Positions 36,834 to 49,224 of a stretch of DNA of 64,000 nt are shown one piece after another; positions within the stretch are counted from its first letter, which is position 1; each line of letters starts with the position of its first letter. Position numbers and translations under genes: made by a program. Under the pieces are notes generated by a model. That model did no database searches and was not told the DNA's origin. It was given only the letters and a program-made list of their open reading frames with translations. The stretch is from Octopus sinensis (lineage: Eukaryota), in NCBI RefSeq assembly GCF_006345805.1, contig NC_043002.1, forward strand, positions 113,398,001 through 113,462,000. Reading direction: 5' to 3'.

Positions 36834-37049
36834 ATGGTTGAAATTAGCATATGTTTTGAATAGGATTTGATAGAAGATAGTCACATGACTGACCTTAGAA
36901 ATTTTTGTAGGTTACCTGCTTCATCCGCGTATTAGTATCAAATGAGAATGTTTGGCGTAGTAAGTTAAGACTGACACGGTTGACTGAACAAGTCCAAACA
37001 ATCAACGCTCTGAATGTTTTCTGTCAAGTGTTTGTAGAGAATGAATACG

Positions 37050-37790
37050 TGATTAAACTTCCGTACGTTTCCCGCTACGTCTGTGCGCTATTGTCATGTG
37101 ACAGTATATTTTGCGCCCAAAAGAAGGTCGACGCGGTTCAGTGAACATGTTTCGTTACAATAAAAGCACTCCAAATTTAATCTATCTGATGGGAGAGTGA
37201 ACAGGAGTCGTTTGTATGTAGACGAGCGGCTAAAGTTTAGGTTGTTAGCTGTGTATGCTCTTCATGTTAAATGGCAGAATGAGTTTTGTGGTGTGTGAAT
37301 AGTTATTTCTGTATATACTCTGTTAAAGTTTAAGTCTTGGTTTGTACTTTTGTACGAAAGCATTTTCTCTGCTTATCCGGGCTTCATCTGTGGTATTCGC
37401 TGAACATAGGCAGAGTGGAAAGAACTGGAATTTAGGGGTCTTATTTTTTGCACATATGTCTATGTGTCCACTCAGTGGAATCTGTCTAGTACTGGAGTCT
37501 CGTGTTTGTTGTCAGTGAACGGCCAGTCTATTTCTGAGAGTAAGTTTTGTTTGACCTGTGTAATCTTCATTACATTCCTGACATTTGATAGCGTATATTA
37601 AATTCCTTGAAATGTAAAGTGATTTTTTTTTACGGTAAAAATCTGTCCTGATTTTAATTTGTATGTTGTGTCTTCAATAAGGTTGATGCAAGTCCCGCAA
37701 TTGCGGAGGCCACACTTTTTGACTGTTGGTGTAGGAATTGTGAAAGGTAATTTAGCACTTGTGAGGAATTTTTGAGGAACTCTGATTGAC
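37050..37790 (-). mobile_element. Penelope-like element (Neptune-like) Zn-finger linker and GIY-YIG remnant
   Basis: KKCGLRNCGTCINL..YAIKCQECNEDYTGQTKLTLRNRL..RQIPLSGHIDICAK..KYKPRL; 3' boundary approximate. Confidence 0.85.
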
Positions 37791-37995
37791 AAAATAGCTG
37801 ATCGTTAGTAAGGAGAGACACACAAATAAGAATGATGAGGTCACAGAAGTGTGACGAAAGAACTCTGGCCGAAATAAGATTAAGATTAATGTAAAAAATA
37901 AATAAAGCTGAAGCAAATTAATAACAAATATATAATGCGTGTGTTTTTTATTGGCTAAACTGACAACATTACCATTCCTAAATACAACAATATTT
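37790..37995 (+). mobile_element. Short repeat with a damaged hammerhead (37832-37868); same family as 62265-62485
   Basis: ATGATGA-G-GTCAC agaagt GTGAC-GAAAG aa CTC-tgg. Confidence 0.65.
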
Positions 37996-38046
37996 GATTG
38001 TGTAGTTCTATATTTAAGAGAAAGTGGAATTATGTACATTATTTAC

Positions 38047-38130
<84 letters not shown>

Positions 38131-38769
38131 ATACATATATACACACACACACGACCGTTTCTTTCAGTTTTTTTCTACCAAAATCAGGATAAGGCTTTGG
38201 GCGACTCGGGCTACAATAGAAGATACTTGCCCATGATGCCACTTCGCGACACCTTGGCCAAATTTCTTACATTACAGCTACACCTACCGCTGTATATATA
38301 TAATTTATAATAATTTATAATATTCTTAAGCCTTAATTTTATCAATTTCGGTTAGCAATACATATTTCTTTAAGCTTCAGTCGAATTCCAAAAGACGCAA
38401 ATATTTCATAAACCATTAACATTTTTGGTTGTATATTAAACAAACTTTATCACTTTTTTGTTGTTTATCTTTTCTTGAATCTGAAATTTCAATCCAAGAA
38501 AACCCCAATCTAATTTATAATAATTAACTCTAGCTATCTGTGAATCATTGATGTACTTAATGACAAATTGGCAGCCGGACAGTTTGAAATATTTTCATGA
38601 AAATTTATTACGAAGATCCAGTAAATACAACCGAATAGGATACACAAATTTTTGAGGCTTAAAAATATTTTCTAAGCAGGCAAACTTACAGATTAAACAA
38701 ATTAAAATTTTGTAGAATTTTAAGTAAATATTTACCGTTTCGTAAAAAATGTATATTTCTTTTTTCTGT

Positions 38770-39200
38770 TATTTTTTCGTGTCAGTCTTTGAACTGCAGC
38801 CATGTTGGGGAACCGCCTTGAAGTGTTTAGTTGAACAAATCGATCCGAGTACTTCTTTTTTCAAGTTTGATATTTATTTTATTGACCTCTCTCGCGAATC
38901 ACTGACTTACGGCAGTGTAAACAAACCAGCACTGGTTATCAAGCGCTCATGGAGACAAACACGAAGAGATGCACAGACACACAAATGCATACACACACAC
39001 GGGCATAGATGCACAGGCACATAGATACACACATACGCACGTACGCACACGCGCGTACACACACACACACACACACACACACCAAATCCACTCACAAAGC
39101 TTTGTTGAGCTCGGAGCTATAGTAGAAGATGTTTGCCCAAGGTGTCACAAATCTGGGACCATATGGTTTGGAAACAAACTGCTTACCCCATAGCTACGCC
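38770..39200 (-). mobile_element. SINE family A, old diverged copy
   Basis: CCAAATCCACTCACAA and TTGCCCAAGGTG motifs. Confidence 0.75.
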
Positions 39201-39559
39201 ATGGCTTCAGACACGCAGCACCTACAGCCACGTTCCTTAAATCTAAAAAATATTAACTAATTAATTTATGTTGTCTATGAAAATAGGTTAACTAAACATC
39301 TTTTGAATGGCAGCCTATGTATCTATTTGGCGTCTGTGTTTCACAATATATAAAAATGTAGTTTAGTTGATTAGCTGAAACTATTGGCTCGTCTTATGTA
39401 TAAATTCTTCGTATGGAGCCAGAAAAATATGTATTTTAACTTTACAACTTGTAAACTTCCGAACAGTTTTCTACTCAGAAAAATATTTAAACAAGTAAAG
39501 ATATCTTGAAGAGGTAGAGATTTTAAGTGGTTCAAGGAAACTGAAAGTGCTACGCAATA

Positions 39560-39770
39560 ATGTTGGTTTCAAATTTTGCGCAATGCCAGCAATTTCAAGG
39601 GCAGGGCTAAGTCGATTACATGGACTCCAGTGATCAACTGGTACTTATTTTAGCTACTCCGACAGGATGAAAAGCAAAGTCGACCTCGACGAAATTTTAA
39701 CTTAGAAGGTAAAGACGGATGAAATGCTGCTGTGCATTTCTCCTGCCCTGCTGACGCTACTGCCAGCTCC
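39560..39770 (-). mobile_element. SINE family C, diverged copy
   Basis: AACTGGTACTTATTTT..AGGATGAAAAGCAAAGTCGACCTCG. Confidence 0.7.
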
Positions 39771-39894
39771 CCGGTTTGGGATACACAATAATATTGATGG
39801 TACATCTTCAGTAATATTGAATGTGTGAATATTCACTTTTTTTGTTCCGATGTCTTGTTTATATATCTTGTTTGATATCTTGTTTATATAATAA

Positions 39895-41509
39895 TTAGCA
39901 TTATGACCCGTCGTTGCCGGGTCATAGTGCTAGTGCATGTATATATGTGTATATATATGTGTACATATTACATGTACATCTATATATATACATCTACACA
40001 TAAAATACAAAATACAAAGTTATATCTTGATATCGCTAGTGATAACAATACTCAAAATATATAACAGACTGGAATTGTAGGCCCGTCTCTTGCAATTTCG
40101 ATCAATTGTATCTTGTCCTCCCTCTTGTATAGAAGTGTGGCTACAATCCAGCCTACCTCTGCTTCTGGGGTGACATTTAAAATTTTATCCGGAACGTCCT
40201 ACGTCCCAGATATAAAGGTGAAAATAAAATATTTCCACTTTGCAAGGTTCGTATCGAGTACTCCTTTGCACGCTCCGTTGACTCGAACTTTGCTTCTATT
40301 GTGGTGAATTTACCGCCTCTGGTTAGATATCTTTCATAGTCGCACCAAGACACTTTTCGATGGTGCTTTCCTCCAGGTGTTCAAATCTTTTTTTTTTCTC
40401 TACATTGTATACTTTATAAACAATAGCCTTTTCTTTAATTTAATTTTTTATTTCGTTTGGTGGTGTTATCCTAGATTTACCGTCTTTGTCGGTGATTTAC
40501 CGTCTTTGTCGGTGATCCGAAATAGGTTTGTATTTCTTTGATTTTAATTTTAATGAGTTCGCGCCCGCCGACGGCTGCAGCGAAATTCATTTTTGGACTT
40601 TCTTCTATCGAAGGCATTCTAATAAAAATGCTTCCGTATAAGCGGTGAAAATGTTGTCAATTTCCCCAAACAGGGACACAATTCAATTTTTAAACAATAA
40701 CCAAAGCTCCTTCTCCCAAAGGGGGAGGATTCCAGTTTACAATTATTTAACAAATGCAACACAACAACGTTTCCCTTACGAGGAACCAACAAACGTGATA
40801 ACAATAGTTAAACAGTAATAATAATAACAACAAACCTTACAGTGAATCAAAAACAGTACGTAGTTGAAGCTATAGTCCTTTATATATAAGAAATAATCCA
40901 ATAGAAGTACGCAGTAGAAGCGGCTGTTCGAGAAAACAGACATTACATGCAGCCAAACTTCATATAGATACTTAATGCTAGCTAATTAGCAGATAATCTA
41001 TTGTAAAAGCCATGGTAAAGGGTATGTGCGCAGCTCCATCTGGACTATTCCATTTCTGCACTTAAATTTTATTTTTTATTTTTTCCAATTCATGTGAAAT
41101 CACTTATTCAAGTTCAAGTCATTGATGCAATTTTATTCCAATTACTATTTTTACTTTTGTTATGTTACGATTATATTATACTTTAGTTTGAATTTAATTA
41201 TTACTTACAACATATAATTCAATTGTTATTGTTATCTCTAATTTTTATTGTTAAAGTGAAAGTATCTGACATAAAATAGAGAAATGTTTTTGTTTCACTT
41301 TTAACACTCTGAAATAGTGGAGAAGATATGATATTGCTATGGACTCGCCCTAGGCAAGAAGTTGAACATTTGTTTTGCCCATGAAACTACATGGTCCCTA
41401 AGTAAGGCATGTGTAAAATTTGAATGAAATTGGTTGTGTAGTTCTCAAGTTTTAGGGAAACACACAGACAGACAGACAGACGCACATTCTCAGTTTTATA
41501 TATAGAGAG

Positions 41510-41510
<1 letters not shown>
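39895..41510 (-). mobile_element. Non-autonomous Helitron carrying a LINE ORF1-like fragment
   Basis: A|TCTCTCTATATATAAAACTG 5' end at 41510; 3' hairpin and CTAA|T at 39895; internal 40060-40600 is homologous to 17200-17750. Confidence 0.75.
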
Positions 41511-41560
<50 letters not shown>

Positions 41561-41570
41561 TGCGATTTAA

Positions 41571-42120
41571 ATGCCCTGATGCAGTACCGGACAGTGGCTC
41601 TCATGGCTTCTGAGCTTAACTGATTGGAAGTGTTATCATGTACATTGTTTTGTCTTGGTATAAAAGATGGGCTACAGCAAATATTCTTCTCAATACCACA
41701 GATTTGCTTGTCAGTTGTTTGACCTTAACCAGTTGAGCATGTTCCTTAGTGGCTGATGATATGTGCATCTCTGATCACGAGCAGAAGTAATGGGGGAGCA
41801 TCATAGCCATGTGTTGAGAGGGATTCTTTGGGGTTTGAATAATTCACCTCTGGAAACATGGGTTCAACATCCTTAAACAACCCTTATTCAGGGACCTTTT
41901 GAGCGGGATGGGTTACTCGACCTGAAGAAAATTCTAACTGGGCCCCCACCAGCAAGGTCATGCGCTGTTTATCTTGATATGAGATCACCATATCGCTGAC
42001 ATATGGTTGTGATGCATGTGCCTAGTGTACCCTTATCAGACGGGTAGTCATGATGGGTATACCGGGCTTCGTATATTTTTCCCCAGTGTCACTTTGATGG
42101 CATGCACTGCTCTCTCACTC
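41571..42120 (+). mobile_element. ~550-bp repeat family D embedded in (AAT)n
   Basis: (AAT)n on both sides; second copy at 1270-2035. Confidence 0.75.
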
Positions 42121-42177
<57 letters not shown>

Positions 42178-42324
42178 CATTGTAATATTTTTCATGTTTA
42201 ATGTTTATTGTTATTGTTTTCCTAATTGTTTACTTATTGTTTTGTGCAAAACTCCTAATGTCCCCGTCTATTGTATTGTCCCCTATGTGTCGGCCCTAGT
42301 GGCCAATAAATGAACGAATAATAA

Positions 42325-42344
42325 TACTAATTATTATTATTATT

Positions 42345-42436
<92 letters not shown>

Positions 42437-42439
42437 CAG

Positions 42440-42472
<33 letters not shown>

Positions 42473-42473
42473 T

Positions 42474-42517
<44 letters not shown>

Positions 42518-42522
42518 TATCA

Positions 42523-42580
<58 letters not shown>

Positions 42581-42596
42581 CATCATCATCATCATC
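42325..42596. repeat. Alternating (ATT)n/(ATC)n microsatellite
   Basis: Directly visible. Confidence 0.95.
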
Positions 42597-43063
42597 GCAA
42601 ATTGTTTTGCTCTATGTGGGAAAACACTCGGCAAGAAATGGAAACAAAAGCCAGAAATCTGTGCTAAATCATAAAGAAACTGTCAATATGAAGAAAAAAA
42701 TGGTGAATCTTTGAACAAAACTGAGTTTATCAAGAATTAGTCGAAACATAGCTGGAATCAATGGAGTGTCAACAGAAATATAAATAAAATAATTGTGGAG
42801 AAAAGTACAGAAATAAATAATTAATTAATTAAACCAAACCATGATGTACACTAGCACTTATACAGTGTGAGTGAGAAAGAGCTCCATCAGCGCACGCAAT
42901 GATGCGATCTAATAGGAAGTTTATAACCCAAGAGACGAAAGTCGGATAGAAACTACAGGTTGGCAGCTTCGCCCAAAAATTCACTTGTTTTCGCTAAATT
43001 TCTCGAAGACGCGTGCAACTGGTGAGTGATAAAGAAGACTGAATTTCTTGTAGATGTAGCTTT

Positions 43064-43449
43064 GGTGGAAGCACTTCGTCGGTTACGACGACGAGGGTTC
43101 CGGTTGATCCGAATCAACGGAACAGCCTGCTCGTGAAATTAACGTGTAAGTGGCTGAGCACTCCACAGACACGTGTACCCTTAACGTAGTTCTCGGGGAT
43201 ATTCAGCGTGACACAGATAGTAACAAGGCCGGCCCCTTGAAATACAGGTACAACAGAAACAGGAAGTAAGAGTGAGAGAAAGTTGTGGTGAAAGAGTACA
43301 GCAGGGATCACCACCATCCCCTGCCGGAGCCTCGTGGAGCTTTAGGTGTTTTCGCTCAATAAACACTCACAACGCCCGGTCTGGGAATCGAAACCACGAT
43401 CCTATGACCGCGAGTCCGCTGCCCTAACCACTGGGCCATTGCGCCTCCC
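43064..43449 (-). mobile_element. Full-length tRNA-derived SINE family B with 11-bp TSD
   Basis: A/B-box head; GATGTAGCTTT at 43053-43063 and 43450-43460. Confidence 0.92.
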
Positions 43450-43719
43450 GATGTAGCTTTACAGAAGTAATGTTGAGAGAGGGGATTAGATTCAAGAGGA
43501 TGGAGATGATTGTTGTCACAACTGTCTCCATCACCTTTGAGATTTTGGCAATGCATACTGCAGGATGATAGTTGACAAAGTCGGAGAGTTCTCCTTCGCT
43601 GGGAATATAACACGTTTCATGTTTCTAATCATCTGAATATACCTAAAGAATAAGAGAAAAAGAGAGAGAGGGAGAGACAAAGAAGCAGAGAGGGACAGGG
43701 AAACGGGTGAACAGGCATA

Positions 43720-44133
43720 CTCTCTCTTTTACTCTCTTTTGCTTGTTTCAGTTATTTGACTGCGGCCATGCTGGAGCACCGCCTTTAATCGAGCAACTCG
43801 ACCCCGGGACTTATTCTTTTGTAAGCCCAGTACTTATTCTATCGGTCTCTTTTGCCGAACCGCTAAGTAACGGGGACATAAACACACCAGCATCGGTTGT
43901 CAAGCAATGCTAGGGGAACAAACACAGACACACAAACACACATACATATATACATATATATACATATATACGACGGGCTTCTTTCAGTTTCCATCTACCA
44001 AATCCACTCACAAGGCATTGGTCGGCCCGAGGCTATAGTAGAAGACACTTGCCCAAGATGCCACGCAGTGGGACTTAACTCGGAACCATGTGGTTGGTAA
44101 ACAAGCTACTTACCACACAGCCACTCCTGCGCC
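43720..44133 (-). mobile_element. SINE family A
   Basis: Full-length match. Confidence 0.9.
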
Positions 44134-45345
44134 ATGCAGACAAACAGAATGACAAGCATGGAGCTAGGTTAGGGGTACATTATTTGAGAATAAGGAAAAA
44201 GACATCATCAGGACCTTGTGGCTCTTGTGGTGTAAAGTAATATTTTGTTTCGTTCAACTAAAAGTTCTCTTACTCTGTTACCAGTTCTGATTGAGAAATG
44301 AGTTTCCTTGGTTACAATAACGTTCGTAAGAAAGACCACTCATCATTAGTGTGTTATCTCCAACACAGCTGGACATGAATTCGAAATTCCAGAATTCAGA
44401 TTTGAGGAATGTCGAATCTCAACCATCTCGAAATGTTCGTCTCAGTGTTGCTCAAAAACCGTTCACATTTGCTTCGTATTGGATTCCATACTGTCAAAGG
44501 TTGCATAGTCGTTCGGTTTTCAGGGGTTTTAGTCGGATTTTCGTTGTACTCCTCATCTTCAATTACGATTTGTGACAAACCGTCGACATAGACATCGCAG
44601 ACCCTCGTCTCCAGAGCATTGGTCCTCTCCAACATTTCACCAAAGTGCTTCTAAAAGCCGCACAATTACACTTAGAGTCGAATATCATACGCAATACTTA
44701 TCCATAACGGCAATGTTACAATTAGTTTAACACGTTCGGTTCAAGCTACAGTAAAAAAAGTTTCTTCTAAGAATTTGTAAAAATTCCTTTATTAACCGAG
44801 GGCGTCTGTAAAATAAGACCGTTGTTATTGGTTACACCCAGATGTATGATCGTATCTGACAATTTTCTCATAAATGGAATATATTTATGCGAATGAGATT
44901 TTGCTATATAAATTTCCCAGTCTACTCTTGCTCTCAACAACTCAATCTAGCACACCTACGTCATATTATGTATTCCACAATCAATTTTACTACAAGTAAA
45001 TACATCTATCTTCCTGCAGCATCCTGTGTTTTTCTACAGCTAAATTGCGGTTAAGCTGCAAAGTAACAAAATGTTTCCCACGTCAAACAAAAATAGTATT
45101 TTCTGTATGCATTTCTCCCGCTCCCTCCCCTTTCCTCTGTCTTCCTCCCCTTCTCCCCCCTTTTCCCTAATTTCTCTCCCCCCTCTCTCTTTCTGTCGTC
45201 CATCTTTCTTTTCATATTTCTCTTTTAACTTTGAAGAGAGAATCTGAAAACGGTGCATCGGCTGTAAATTATATGTTTCTATTTCTGTTCTTCATCTTTT
45301 CCAAGCTACTACACAGAGATATTTTATTTAGGTATATGCACATAG

Positions 45346-45760
45346 GCGCAGGAGTGGCTGTGTGGTAAGTAGCTTGTTTACCAACCACATGGTTCCGGGT
45401 TCAGTCCCACTGCGTGGCATCTTGGGCAAGTGTCTTCTGCTATAGCCCCGGGCCGACCAATGCCTTGTGAGTGGATTTGGTAGACGGAAACTGAAAGAAG
45501 CCCGTCGTATATATGTATATATATGTATATATGTGTGTTTGTGTGTCTGTGTTTGTCCCCCATAGCATTGCTTGACAACCGATGCTGGTGTGTTTATGTC
45601 CCCGTCACTTAGCGGTTCAGCAAAAGAGACCGATAGAATAAGTACTGGGCTTACAAAGAATAAGTCCCGGGGTTCGAGTTGCTCGATTAAAGGCGATGCT
45701 CCAGCATGGCCGCAGTCAAATGACTGAAACAAGTAAAAGAGTAAAAGAGTAAAAAGAGTA
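45346..45760 (+). mobile_element. SINE family A
   Basis: Full-length match. Confidence 0.9.
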
Positions 45761-46567
45761 TACATTTACAGTATTACATTAACTGTTTACGATAATATGT
45801 TTATATTCAGATCAGTGTTTAGCTGGCAAATAATGTAAAAGTTTGGTTATGGTTGTAATATAACGGATTCTGTCGTTGTAGTTCTAACCGTAAACAAAAC
45901 TGCCTGGCATTTCACCAACGGAGACCCTATTAAGGAAATCCTAGTCAGCTACACTGTTCTCCAGTAAGCAACCCGTGAGGTGTAGAAAAAAATTTCGAAA
46001 ACCATCGAAAAAATATTTTGACTAGGACAGTGAGACAAGAGGCGTAGAGAAAGGCGGAGTAAAACGATAAAAGGAAAAATAAACTCACAAAGTGATTTCA
46101 TCCGAAACATTACTGACGTGTAAAATTATATCGGACAAGTTTTGTTAAGTATATGACGGAGCCGGCTATCAGCCGAGTCCATCACAAAGATGGTCCCCCA
46201 CCTAACCCTCCCTGTAGTAGAGTAAAGTTTTCCTCTATTTTGTGACTACGATTAAAGAACTTGGGATGTGGACGAAGGTGATAGGACAAAGAACAGACTC
46301 TTTGCTTTTCACTCAAGTTCTCATTGGCCTTTTCAATTTTCACAATGTACCCTTCGTCTGACACACCTCTGACAAGCAAATCCTCATTCTGATCATAAAC
46401 ACGATCGTCGCCGTTGTCGTTGTCGTCGACATAATCTCAGCATTCAGACTGTTGAAGCAGATTAAGACCATGACTTTAAAACAATGATCTTACTGTGGAA
46501 CAAGTACTTGTAATATACTTGAAAGGCAATCCAACCTTTTCATACATATCTTTATTGCATTCGCTCT

Positions 46568-46660
<93 letters not shown>

Positions 46661-46687
46661 GTGAAAAGGAACACACGAGTTGATATT

Positions 46688-47153
46688 TATGAAAAAACAA
46701 GTCAAAATAGAAAATGCTAAAATAATTTTATAAAGAACATTTCAGTACCGGTTTCGGTCATTTTGAGACCTTTTCAACTGTAACGATTAAATAATTAAAT
46801 TTAGAAAAATTAAAAGAAAAGTTTTTTTAAAGAAATATTTGTATAGTGTTCAAATATAAGTGGCATTTTCCTTGTTTCTGCCTTTCTCTGTCTCCCTTGT
46901 TTTCACTTGTGTGTTCGAGGTCTCGAACACACAAGTGAAAACAAGGGAGACAGAGAAAGGCAGAAACAAGGAAAATGCCACTTATATTTGAACACTATAC
47001 AAATATTTCTTTAAAAAAACTTTTCTTTTAATTTTTCTAAATTTAATTATTTAATCGTTACAGTTGAAAAGGTCTCAAAATGACCGAAACCGGTACTGAA
47101 ATGTTCTTTATAAAATTATTTTAGCATTTTCTATTTTGACTTGTTTTTTCATA
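46688..47153. repeat. Perfect palindrome, 232-bp arms and 2-nt spacer, in (TA)n, with a ~30-bp unpaired extension (46658-46687)
   Basis: 46688-46919 is the reverse complement of 46922-47153. Confidence 0.95.
47061..47098 (+). ncRNA. Type I hammerhead motif, U3-A8 covariant core; mirror copy at 46743-46780 (-)
   Basis: cag-TTGAAAA-GGTC tcaaaat GACC-GAAAC cg GTA-ctg. Confidence 0.75.
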
Positions 47154-47173
47154 TATATATATATATATATATA

Positions 47174-47438
47174 TACTCTTTTACTCTTTTTCTTGTTTCA
47201 GTCATTTGACTGTGGCCATGCTGGAGCACTGCCTTTAGTCGAGCAAATCGACCCCAGGACTTATTCTTTGTAAGCCTAGTACTTATTCTATCGGTCTCTT
47301 TCGCCGAACCGCTAAGTTACCGGGACGTAAACACACCAGCATCGGTTGTCAAGTGATGTTAGGGGGGGGGCAAACACAGACACACAAACATACATATACA
47401 CACACACACAATTCTATCTTTATATATATATATATTAT

Positions 47439-47469
<31 letters not shown>

Positions 47470-47653
47470 TATATATACATATATACGACAGGCTTCTTTC
47501 AGTTTCTGTCTACCAAATCCACTCACAAGGCTTTGGTCGGCCCGAGGCTACAGTAGAAGACACTTGCCCAAGGTGCCATGCAGTAGGACTGAATCCGGAA
47601 TCAACCATGTGGTTGGTAAGCAAGCTACTTACCACACAGTCACTCCTGCGCCT
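47174..47653 (-). mobile_element. SINE family A
   Basis: Full-length match with expanded internal (TA)n. Confidence 0.9.
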
Positions 47654-47781
47654 ATATATAAATTTAAAATAATAAGGGTGAAAAATTGAATATTAATTTG
47701 ATTAATATCAATTTAAAACCAGTGGTCCAGCATGTAGGAAAATCTGAAGATTCAGAGAAATTGTATTACATACACATAGCA

Positions 47782-47947
47782 GGAATGACCATTAAGTGAA
47801 CATTCATATGCTAGAAGTCAACCCCCTATGGTCTTACCACTAAGAAGAGAATGTTCTCAAGAAATTTTCTTGAGAACATTACTTTTTTAGTGGTAAAAAC
47901 ATAGCGGTCGACTTCTAGCATATGGATGTCCACTTAGTGGTCATCCC
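47782..47947. repeat. Imperfect palindrome, ~80-bp arms, in island 47660-47950
   Basis: ATGACCATTAAGTG..GTTCTCAAGAAA / TTTCTTGAGAAC..CACTTAGTGGTCAT. Confidence 0.85.
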
Positions 47948-48782
47948 ACTTATATGTATACATATATATATATATATATTATATATATATATATATATAA
48001 TATATATATATATTATTTATATTATTATATGATTGAATGCCACGCATCCTCTTCCAAGTAAGTTTTATCTTAATAATTCTGATGCGCACTCTATACGATC
48101 TTTTTACTCTTTCGTTTTTCTCTCTTTCTATCTCATAGTCTTTTACGTCCTCTTCTCCCACTATTCTATCCTAATACTCTGTCACTCTCTCTCCCTCACT
48201 CCTCTTCTCTTGCTCACGTGGCTCCCACGTGACCACCGGCCATCTTTCTTTCTTCTAACTTGTGTTTCTTTCTTTCGCTCCTTTGTAGCTAGAACAAGGA
48301 AGACGTGTTCTTTTTTGTGACTCCTGTCCAAGCTTGATTTACGTGTTCGCCACCATAACCTCGTTCAGGCTTAGCAGCCCTTCCTGTTTGTTTTCACTGT
48401 CCTGTTTGTGTTACCAATTTTGACCCTCCGCAAAATCCTAAATTTTATCTAATTTGTTTTGCGGGAGCAACTGTTTTATCTAAAGCGTATATTGTTGTTA
48501 AATGCTCGAAATACGAGAGTAGAAAAACAGCCAGCAACTGACGAAGGGTGGTTCCATATGTTGTTTATTTTGTTTTCCATTTGTGTCTTTCGTTGTTCGA
48601 AAAATTAGTTCATATTCCACGTACTCGTACTTTGTATTTTTTTGTTGTACACGTTTCATGACGTTATGTGCCCACATATGCATATATATATGTGATCTCT
48701 TTCAACATGTGATCTCTTGAGCACCACCAGCAATAATATTTTTTTCCTCTGTCTTCCCTTCTCGGGATATTTCCTTCTCCTT

Positions 48783-48817
48783 GTTTCCGACGAAGAGCTC
48801 GGCTCGAAACGTTAAAC
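48783..48817 (+). ncRNA. Minimal hammerhead motif (U4C) in island 48715-48915
   Basis: gttt-CCGACGA-A-GAGC tcg GCTC-GAAAC-GTT-aaac. Confidence 0.7.
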
Positions 48818-49028
48818 CCTCCTTCCCTTCTTTCCTGAGCGTCAAATAATACTTTAATTGTTCCACGTCCTCGCGCTGCTGTGTTTTTTTCTGTGTTTTC
48901 TTGTTTGGATTAACTATATATATATATATATTCGTATAGATGTAAGTAAGCGCATATACGTATGTATATATATATATATATATATATAATCATATGATTG
49001 AACGCCATCCTCTTCCAAGTATATATAT

Positions 49029-49090
<62 letters not shown>

Positions 49091-49101
49091 CATACATATA
49101 T

Positions 49102-49224
<123 letters not shown>

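Noticed and set aside
37140-37270. Hammerhead downstream of the Neptune-like ORF (GAAAC-AT-GTT on minus)
   Set aside because: No convincing CUGANGA with paired stems upstream.
43370-43449. tRNA gene
   Set aside because: The tRNA-like sequence is the head of a SINE with body, tail and TSD; it has no proper acceptor stem or terminator.
48500-48555. Permuted (type II) hammerhead GAAA...CTGACGA; a similar pattern at ~62005-62050
   Set aside because: Stem I does not form and the position 16.1 U is missing, so it could not be supported by pairing.
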